A stretch of DNA of 64,000 nucleotides from the NCBI GenBank assembly GCA_040954595.2, contig CM082592.2, positions 2,346,438 to 2,410,437 on the forward strand. The letters are read 5' to 3'. Below are positions 54,483-64,000 of the stretch, one piece after another. The notes under the pieces were generated by a model that saw only the letters and a list, made by a program, of their open reading frames with translations, was not told where the DNA came from and searched no databases. Both the position numbers and the translations under genes were made by a program. The stretch comes from Balanoglossus misakiensis. Taxonomy: Eukaryota > Animalia > Hemichordata. Numbering within the stretch: the first letter of the stretch is position 1; every line of letters begins with the position of its first letter.

Positions 54483-57162
54483 TGTGTAGATCTCTGAAAG
54501 ATATTTACCATACACTGGTATGTTATATCAGAGATGACATATCAGACCTTTATTCATCACTCAGCTATGTAGCAAAAACCTATTTCAGGTACATTGTAGT
54601 TAGAATTCCATCAGTATGATTGTTTTATACCCTTTACTCAACTGATTGTATATTTCTCTGCTGTTATACATTGTTACAGATGCGAGTTAGGCTGGTCAAC
54701 AGCAGGGCTGCTTATAGATTGGCTGGAGCTCCTGGACCCCGAGATTGTGCAAAGTTGCCCTCAGCTGCAACACCAGTTACTCTTTGTCAAGACGCACAAA
54801 CCCAGAACAGAGGGCAAAGTTCAAAGTTCATGCAGTGCTTATTTGCTGGCACTGTTGAGCCACCAGAGTAATTGGCAGACTTTGCATAAATGTATTGATT
54901 GGTTACTCAAGCCAAGGACAGACTCAACCAGGTGAGAAATTCTATCATACTTCTTCAGGTTGATCTTTGTACACAAAACATCTGGTGAATATCTGAAAAT
55001 CACTAATGCTTCATGTGTAGAATGAATTGCCAAGATATCAGACTTAGTGCTTAATGTAATGCAGAATTTCAATATAAAGTCAAACCTAGAATTTCTTTCA
55101 CATTTTAGTCACGTACTATGTTTTCACAAAACTAATTAAAAATATTTCCTCATTTCAGCATGGACTCAACTGCAGCTCTAGACTTCCTGTGGGCATGCAT
55201 ACACATTCCAAAACTCTGGCAGGGCAGAGATACCAAAACACCAAAGGTAAGAAAATACTAGCTGCATAATTTTATTAGCTAATTGTAGTTTTTTCGCCCT
55301 TCCAAAACATGGTGTCATTTCCAAGCAGACGACAAGAACGAGGCAAGTAGGTCATAGTGTACTGCTTGAGCTTGTCTGGTTTGTTGTTTTTATGATCCAA
55401 GTTGCGTGAAAAAATTACCTTACACTAAAATGTGGCTGTCGCATGTCGGTCCAAACTAAAGCGATGATACTCAACAGAATAATTTGTTTACTCTGTGAAT
55501 AAAAAAAGCCATAATCATATTAGAGCTGACAAAATCTCTCTGAAGTTTACAGAAACCAGAGAGTGCAAATAACTTGTGACACCTGCTTGTGTACTCACAT
55601 CACAAATGTGCTACTTTTACAGAAACGTACAGAAGAAGTTATCTTCAATCTCTCTGCAAAAGAAGTATGTTCATTGACTGACTTCATCCTTGCTGAGCTG
55701 GACAACACTTCAAACGACAAGACATCCCTCACCGTAGAAGTCAGAATTCCCCTTCTGATGAATTATTGTCATGGCAACAAACCAGTCATGAGGGATGTAG
55801 TCAATCATCTGTTCTCTAAAATTAACATGAATGGGTAAGAATTTTACAAACATCATCTTTAAAAATGTAAAATTGTTTATCACCTTATGCCATTTCCACA
55901 TGTGTTTTTTTTTTTTGTAACTAGTCTCTTGGTTTGGCACATGTGCATAAGGTGATTGTCACCCTTTTTAATTTGCTGCAATGTATTCCTTCCAAAGGAC
56001 AGCTTTAAATGATGTTGACTTACTACCAATACTTATTTATTTTCAGTGCTTTGAGCAATGCTCCATTGCTTCTTCTGTCGGAGATGTATCTGCAACAACC
56101 TGATTTAATTCAGAGTGTCAGAAAAAGTGGCTTGCTGGTGAAGAATGCAAACAGTGTCAGTCAGAGTGTCACACAGGTAAGACATATGTGCATTGCACGG
56201 AGAGCTGCATCAATTTAAGAACTGTGTGCAAAGCAGTTAATATGGAGAGCAATTTGACAATAGATGTCATTATATGATTGTAAATGTATGAAGTTCTAAC
56301 TTCCCTAACAAATGAAAAACTGACGAATTCTTCCTTCTTTTACTCTTGCAATCCAAAAATATGTTTTCAATGAGAATCATACTTGAGTATTAAAGTGTGT
56401 ACTGCAGTCAAACCTGTGTTAGTGGCCACTTTGTTATAGTTCCTGTGCAATTAACATGTACATTAATTGACCTGTCTATAAAGGCCACTTTAGGAAAGTC
56501 TCTTGACTGGCCACTATAAGCATGTTTGACTGTATATACATGTACATTTTGTAATCAAATTAGATTTTTGTATCAAAAACTCTTTCATGTACTGTTTGTG
56601 ATTGTAAAATCTTTCTGTGTTCTGTTTATTCATGGCATGTATTTCTTCTTCATGAATATAGAGATGGCGCCATCTCATTAGCATCTCGGTTGATATTTGT
56701 TTCAGTTTGATGTGCTGACCCACAGTTTATTGTTGATGTTGGCCGCAACAAAAGCTGGACGAAATTTTGAAAACAAAATGAATGATGCCAACATTGCACT
56801 CTGTAAGATAGCAACATCTCATCCAACATTGTTACTCAGGTTACAAGCAAGTAATCATGTCTGACAGTCACAATGGTGTCATTCTAAGTTCAAACAGTAA
56901 AGATCGTGGTATACTTGTATCACACAGTCTTGGAGCACGACTATCTCCACATTTGTGGTTGCAGTCATGATCTTAAAGTGAAAGTCTCCTTATAAAAAAA
57001 AAACCCAGTCAACTTTATTGAGACTAAACCCACTTGGCAACCAATCACGCCATCAAAGTATTATGAACAAGACTGCAATGCAAGAATTCATGAAATGGTA
57101 ATTCTCAGCCTCATTTAATAAGCGAAGTTGTTTCCAAATATGACACTTCTGTTACTCAAATG

Positions 57163-57595
57163 TAGCCCGGAGACCAGGCGTCGATCTAGAATACAACGCC
57201 CGGGGACAGTCGAGAAATTTCCTGCTGAGCTGAAAGATAGTAGCCCTGGCAACGATCAGGGTCGCTTAGTAACGAATGGATAACGAGTGATCTATCAAAT
57301 GTTGACGGGCGCCAGTGGTTGGATAATATAATTAACAAAGCTTGGTTATGAATATTCATACACCTTCAAAACCACTCCCACACCCTGTTGCGGGAATTTC
57401 ACTCATGACTCCACCTCTATTTCCTTATTTAGAATGCGATGATGTCATTTGGTTTACACATTGTTACATTGAGTGACCAATTAGCTTACACACAAGATTT
57501 ACCACCCGTGTCGTTCTGCGCACAGAATTCGGTGCGTAAATAGAGACTGTCCCCGGGCGTTCCTTTTCCCCTACTACGCCCTGGTCTCCGGGCTA
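57163..57595. mobile_element. TAG...CTA TIR element with a 9-bp TSD (AcademH-like, non-autonomous)
   Basis: TIRs tagcccggagaccagg / cctggtctccgggcta and inner IR acgcccggggacagtc / gactgtccccgggcgt. TSD actcaaatg on both sides. Confidence 0.88.
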
Positions 57596-59372
57596 ACTCA
57601 AATGATGAGTGACATCATTCCTGGATTTGACGGTATTTTGGTAGCTCAGCCAAATTTCTCTGTAACATGTCACTTGTGGTCAGTCTTAGCGGGTGTAGCA
57701 TGCTAATGGCCGCTGTCAGGATTTCGGACAGCCGAGAGTCACTTACTACATGTTGCATTGCCATTTTAGTCGAGTTGCAGTGACCCAGGTCATACTGACA
57801 GATCAGCCAATCAGCGACTGTCTGAAATCCCGACAATGGCCATTTTGTTTTACAAAACATTCAATGGTATTTCCTCATACTCTTTCTCTCTGTAGTGCAG
57901 TTGAAGCACCCAGAGAAGTCTGGATAACTGAGACTAATCATTAGTCTGTGTTAAATTCCTAAAATATTAACATGTTCCCTTTCTGAAGCAAAACAAGAAA
58001 GTATTACTAGGTCTGCAATGTCAGTTTTAATAGTCTGGTCCCCCCAAACCACTGTTGTGCTCACGGAAAGTGTCAGATTTGCTCCCTTCTATCCATGGCT
58101 GCCATTGGCCAACGTATCAAGCATTCTGATCAGTAAATAGAGATTTCTTTTGTGAGATTATTCCAAGTTTCAAATAATGAAGAATTTACATTCACGAACG
58201 TAAAATGAAACATAAACTAGTCTGTCAATTGAAATGTTTCATAAATTTGCACTGTTTTGACAGCACTAAATCTTCTTGACTTTTACATCATGCAACAGGC
58301 TATTTCACCCAGAATCTTGGTCAAATGGATTTTGCATTGAACTTTATAATTGTTAGAACAGTGCAGCCAACAGTAGAAACATTAGTCTTGTTGCCAACAA
58401 TTACAATTTTGAGTGTAAGTGGATATCTTGTCAACGAATATCATCTGATCTTTTGTTGTTTTTTGTTTCAGAGTATGCAAATGTTTTACTGCAGAAAGCA
58501 TTCATCGTTGGAATTAACACCAAGTTTGACACGGCACCCATCATAGCAGAGACTCTACAACTGTTGAATATGGAATCAGTCACAGTATATTCATAATGTG
58601 AACTCTCTTACATGGACTTTAATAGTAGCGGGGAAAAATATCTCTCAGATCTTGTCGCTTTTCATTTTATATAAACACTACTGCACACAGCAGTTCTTCA
58701 TGAAGATAGAGTCTTTTCTTTGCTTTTTGTGATGGACCCTCATACATGCCCACACTGTCAGTCATAGGTCAACTGACATCTGAGGCTCAGTAATAGATTT
58801 TTCTCTATTCTAAATCCACTGTGCATATTGAATTTTGAAAGAAAAAAATTACATTTCATTGAGTGATATGGACACTGATATGGAGAGATCATTGCTTGAT
58901 TTAAATATTCATGCAAAGATTAGGAATAAAGAGCATTTATAAGACAAGACACCATCGTGTGATTCGATATTCTGTTTTTAATCTGTTACTTCCGTGTTGA
59001 TTCTTTGTGAGGCAGACGTTAAAAAGGCAGACATACATACATGCTTGCATACATAAATAAATACACACAAGGGTGAGTTGGCGAGTGTTGTCATGGATTG
59101 ATGGCAGCTCAGTTGAGTTGTTGAACTTGAAAAAAATGTTAATCCTCTTTTTGCACTAGTTTGCCGAAATTAGTGAGATTTGGAGTTTCCTATCCAGTAA
59201 AGTTTCTCTGTTTACAAGTCAAGCTTTGTATGAAATTAGAAGAGGTACTGAGTTTAACAAAAAATGTAACTTTTGTGCCGTGTTTTGTTTGTGTATCACA
59301 TGAGAATGCCCTCCCGTACAAACTGCTTAGCCAGGCGAGATCTCTCTTGGAGTTCTGAAAATTGTCTCAGTA

Positions 59373-61115
59373 TTAGACTTCGAGATGCTCTAAATACTCC
59401 AGATTCTGTTCTGGATGATAGTACTTGCAGTAATAGTTGTCGGTGTCGTCGATACTTCTGTAGGAACAATATTCAGCATTTGCCAAAAATGTGACGTTTC
59501 CCTCTGGATGCCAGTGTATAAACTCTGAGACTTTCTCTGGGCACACCTATTGAAGAAAGACAACAAATTGTCAGTCGCTGTTTTCTTTTCCTGTATACGA
59601 GAATTAATATTTTAATTTAATAGCAAAACAAACCACATTCCGAAAACTGGCGGATAATGGTTCGGGGTCGTAATTAGAGAATTGTTCGCAAAATTATCAA
59701 GCTGGTAGAACTGGAGATTGTATGCAAAACTAGTATGGCTTGTTCGCCCATTCTTTTTGCAGATCAAATCCCATTTTTGACTTTGAGATGAAATCAATAC
59801 CGGAGAGAATTGGAATAATGTTAACCTGATTAATAGATTGAATATATGGACAGATACTAATAGAATACTTAAAGGGACAAAGTCTCTCTCTCGCTGCCCT
59901 TTTCCCATTAATTATGTTTGATACAAGGTAACGTTTATTCTACATGTGGATATATACTAGTAGTAGAGACAGAGTACCGGTATTCATTTTGGTGAGTTTT
60001 TCACTCTCGTGTCTACAAGTGGGATCGAATCTGTGTGTGGTCGAACGTTGATTCACTATATATCCACATGTAGAATAACATAAACCGTACGGTTTCTTGT
60101 ATTAAATACAAAAAAAACGGGAAAATGGGCGAGAGAGCGACTTTGTCCCTTTAATATTCTCTTCAAACTTACATCAAGGTCGTAGCACGTTTCAACGAGT
60201 CTGTTGTCAACGTACATGTGAAGTGTGCAATTCATGCAGCCTCTAACCAGTTCGTCATCGGATATCTTGGACCCCTGTGAAATGCAAACAGAAACAATCA
60301 TGGACTAATCTTATAGCAATAAGTAAGGGTCTCGTACGAATACAGTGTGAACAGAGAGGAAAAGTTAAACAGGTGATATCACACGATATGTACAGTGCAT
60401 CATGGACCCGCAAGTCACCACCGGGAAATTGAATCTTCCAGTGCTATAGGCTGCTCGTCTGTGAAATGTCATCGATGCGATATTCACCACCTCGCCTATC
60501 AGGCAAAAGTTATCATGTTTAGTGGTGGGATACATTAGTTGGTCTGCTGGTCGGATGATGAAGGTGATGAAGAGACGGGTGTGAGCATGAATTGGTGATT
60601 TTGGATGGAATTTCTGACGTTCTCACAACCCATATCCAACACTAAATTGATGTTCTGACACAGTCGCCAAAATTCTATACTTGTCTAGTTACTAGAACCA
60701 TGCACTCATCTTCGATTACTCCACCACACTCGTTCGGAATGCCTAGGGAAAATATTATCCATAATTATCTTTTTTTAAAGTTCTTATTTGGCTTTACCAG
60801 GCTTGTCAGTGTGTCCAACTTGTCAATCACAATGTCCACAGCTCTGAATGTCTTGGATGGTCCGATGTAGCTGCAGACAACTTTCAAGAACCTCGTTGTG
60901 TGAATCGGATCCTCCTTTTCCAATATGTCGGGTAGCATCATGATCTCGTCGAAACACTCCACGCCGTGCGTTAAGACAATATCGTATACAGCGTCGTTGT
61001 AAGCCGTGATTTGGGCAGAGGAACAAACCCATGGCTGAGAACGGAATGGATGCCCGGCTTCGAGGCCACGATACACGATGACCAGAAGAGCAGATACGAC
61101 AAACAGCAACCTCAT
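59373..61115 (-). CDS. Uncharacterised secreted protein, 197 aa, 9 Cys, three coding exons
   Basis: Exons 61115-60798 (signal peptide MRLLFVVSALLVIVYRGLEA), 60274-60173 (GSKISDDELVRGCMNC..ETCYDLD) and 59546-59373 (VCPEK..YYCKYYHPEQNLEYLEHLEV*). All junctions are phase-0 GT-AG. An upstream acceptor at ~61129 implies a 5' UTR exon. Confidence 0.8.
59869..60153. mobile_element. MITE family A copy with TTAA on both sides
   Basis: ttaaagggacaaagtctctctctcgc ... gcgagagagcgactttgtccctttaa. Confidence 0.85.
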
Positions 61116-62419
61116 TGTACGCGTTCACCTGTAGAAGAAAGAATTATTTCTCCATAAAGGTTTATACCATCAGGGACAAACTCCTATACGAAGAAGTACG
61201 TTAGGAAACTGTTTATGTCCAATGGATGCCCCAATCAAACAACGATAATATTTCATTTAGATTTCAATGCAGCTACAAAACCGGCTTTATGCATTCTTTT
61301 ATTTCGATCATGACAATTAATTTTATGGCAGAATGGACACAGCGAAAAAAAACAAACAAACAATTTTGCCGAAAGTTGGGGCATTATTCAAGTCTTTTCT
61401 CCGCAACAGAAATGCATATCCCCGCAACGAATTAATCTACTTCAGTCTTGCTCCAAAACTTCGTGACATTGAAATGCGCCCACGTATAGAACGTCCTGTG
61501 GACGCGACGCTAATGACATCGTCGCTCTGCTTGGCGACGTGTCGTAATAGATTCTTTACGAAGCTACAAACATCACCATATAAAAACTGCACGGAAATAT
61601 ACTTACCCCTTCTTACTGCGTAGTGATTAGCTTTGAAAGTGTGAAGCGAACGCTTACGTGCATCTCTAGGATGAATTCTTTTGTGTTTGCACGAATTTTA
61701 TAAATGCCTTGCAAATTATTGGAGTATACTGTCACCATATGTGTGTTATTCAAAAACATCGGAAAATTTTTTTCTAAATAGCTTATATTAAAACATGACA
61801 AAGTGTAAAAAATAGAAGTTATACAGAAGAATGCTGGTCGACTTTTTTCAGTTTAATATGTGCCACGCGTACACCTGCTGAACATATAATTCTGGTGTAT
61901 CAGCCGTTGTTAAAGGAAAGCGATCGTCGCGCCGCGGGGGTGTCCCCCTTGATGAGAAAATGTCCTCCCATACATAGCTGCTCTCAGATATATATCCCTC
62001 ACACTAACTTACAGCCCTACATCACAGGATGGACATCTGACGGACTGTGCCTATAATCTGTGCATCATACACACCTTATATTTCCTTCATAGTGACATCT
62101 TATAACAACGGTCGGAGTGTCGTCCTCCCACTCATCCTGAAACACGAGAATGACAAGAATGTTTATCCTTCCATCTAACATCACTTATACTCCACATCGT
62201 GGCCATAATCTGAGTGACTTCCATTATGATAACACACAGATTTGAAATAATATCAATATTTGCTATTGTTCCCCAACATGAATATAATGCTACAGATCTC
62301 TCTTCACTTGCTCAAAACCGTACATTGTACTTCCGGTCAGCAGATTCGCAATGGGTGTATTACATGGAAATAAACCTATATTATTGCAAATTTGGATACT
62401 TCGAATTTATGTGACATAC

Positions 62420-63986
62420 CTCCCAGCCAGTATCCCCAACATCTTCTTCTATCTTAACATATGGTTCAGGAATCAGTCCCAATTTACCATTTATTTTACC
62501 CTGCACACAAACAAATGCGAATAAATTCTATGAAAGTCTGTTCTCTTGTGCAAGTATACCGGGCATTCTAGGGGAGTATGAAAATGACTACATTTGCCAC
62601 TGACTCGGCACTGTTTGGGTTAAAGCACGTAGCTCGTCTCACACGCATGTTCCAGCTGTAGCCGCTGGTTACAGACGTTTAGTGAACAGTCAATCCCATA
62701 AGGCAGTGCTCTGTCCTAACAACAGAGAAGATGGCGGCGACCATAATCTGTGTCGGAGATCGTGAAAAGACACCAGCTTGGGTGAAAAGGAGGGACAAAA
62801 CCAGAATCTACTTATACGGTGCGCATGAAATATGGAAGGAAGCGAAGGCAGTCCACTATTTGAATGCATCGAATGGAAAATTTTCTGAACATTTGCTGGC
62901 TAAATTATGCGCATGTGTGTGAGACGAGCTAGTCGCTTTAAATGAGAATTGAAAGTCTCCAGAGGGTCTGAACATTTATCAAAAATTACAGAAACTGAAA
63001 ATCCACCAGAAACAAATGTGTATGGTACGATTTTGCATTTGCATCAGTGCAATTTCTGGAACCATATTAAAATTTCATCTTCAAAGTCTCTATTTCATTT
63101 TATACTCCATTCTCCAGGAAATAACACAATAAAATGATATTCTTACTTCAATCCAACTTCTGGTTATTGGAATGACATCACCTTTCTTGAAACTCAATTC
63201 TCCGCTAGTCGTTGCAACAAAGTCATACAGGGCCTGTGGTGTTAAACAACACACAGCAGTGTTGGTGCCAAAATGAAACATTTGCATGAAATATCAAAAC
63301 ATTTAAAGGGCGATGGTGTTCGTTTTATGCGCATATCAGATGTGTCAAACCAGAGGTCTCTGGTTACAATATTTGTACATGGTCAATGCCATAAGGCAGT
63401 AACAACAGACAAGATGGCGGCGACCATAGTCTGTTTTGGAGAGTGGGAAAAGACAGCAAATTTTGCATACAGAACAAATTTAACAGCTTTACCCACGCGT
63501 GTGCATTACAGAATAACGTCCTGGTTGACCATACATGCATTTGGGAAAAGGCCAGTGTGTCCTCTAAGCCCGTAAGACGCGCCACTCAGACTCAATAAAC
63601 TCACTGGTGACCCAAGAAAATTATCCACACTACATGCAAAGGCACATAGGGCTGACTCAGAGAAAATACACAGATAAGGTACCTGTAGATCAAGTTGACC
63701 TTGAATCTGAAAATCCTGCTTTCTTGATTTGCAGTCTTGTCACGGTCCCCCTGTCTCCTATAGTCTGTGTCAATACACCCCCTCCCCTGTCTCTCCTAAT
63801 CCACCCCTCACTTCCCCTGTATTGTCTCTGACTCCATGTTCCTGTTTATAAAAAGTCTATCAGTCCAGTATTCAATACAAATTCAACATGCTTACCAGAG
63901 CCCTGGGTCCAGTGATTGCAGCTACAGTGACTGGTTTATTTTCTTTGACACTTGTTGTTGGCGGTGGTTCTGGTTTGACACCAAGT
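62420..63986 (-). CDS. SH3-domain protein, 3' exons; the gene continues beyond the window end
   Basis: Exons 63986-63896 (..PEPPPT..GPRAL), 63233-63147 (ALYDFVATTSGELSFKKGDVIPITRSWIE) and 62500-62420 (GKINGKLGLIPEPYV). The terminal exon is uncertain (possibly starting near 61874). Confidence 0.85.
62620..62941. mobile_element. TTAA-flanked TIR element (Kolobok-like) containing a short ORF
   Basis: ttaaagcacgtagctcgtctcacacgcatg ... catgtgtgtgagacgagctagtcgctttaa. A related segment (ccataaggcagt..aagatggcggcgaccata) recurs at ~63390-63450. Confidence 0.7.
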
Positions 63987-64000
63987 CTGCAATATGGACA

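Larger units (their letters stand above)
51099..58596 (+). pseudogene. INTS1: Partial, unprocessed copy of Integrator complex subunit 1 (C-terminal part), disrupted
   Basis: Exons 51099-51225, 51607-51675, 52051-52229, 52668-52800, 53363-53475, 53978-54120, 54680-54931 (GLLIDWLELLDPE..HQSNWQTLH), 55159-55246 (LDFLWACIHIPKLWQGRD), 55623-55834, 56047-56176, 56706-56839 (HPTLLLR), 58472-58596 (YANVLLQKAF..LNME). Lesions: in-frame TGA at 51100; a 179-nt exon between two phase-0 junctions; no N-terminal exons; no exons between HPTLLLR and the last exon, and those two exons are phase-incompatible. Confidence 0.85.

Noticed and set aside
51099-58596. Functional full-length INTS1 gene
   Set aside because: The N-terminal half and the late exons are missing, and there is an in-frame stop and a frameshifted exon.

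Overview
AT-rich (~36% GC by eye), intron-containing animal genomic DNA, probably a marine invertebrate deuterostome (inference from gene and repeat content). From left to right: (1) a ~57-copy, 122-bp tandem satellite (1-6942) inside an intron of a minus-strand NUDT9 (ADP-ribose pyrophosphatase) gene; (2) an 8-exon secreted proteinase K/aqualysin-type S8A subtilase on the plus strand, nested in the predicted ~10-kb first intron of NUDT9; (3) an uninterrupted 923-aa multipass membrane ORF, head-to-head with NUDT9, whose motifs match plant NO EXINE FORMATION 1 (NEF1); (4) a minus-strand P2X ATP-gated channel gene with two tandem, intact, same-phase first coding exons and a GC-AG intron, with decayed Polinton polymerase and THAP fragments in a late intron; (5) a 5'-truncated, frameshifted, internally deleted unprocessed copy of Integrator subunit 1 (INTS1); (6) a 3-exon, 197-aa Cys-containing secreted protein with no family I recognise; (7) the 3' end of an SH3-domain gene. 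Many short TIR elements occur, several with readable target-site duplications. Exon structures were built by hand from splice signals and reading-frame phase. Homology calls rest on recalled family motifs, not database searches.
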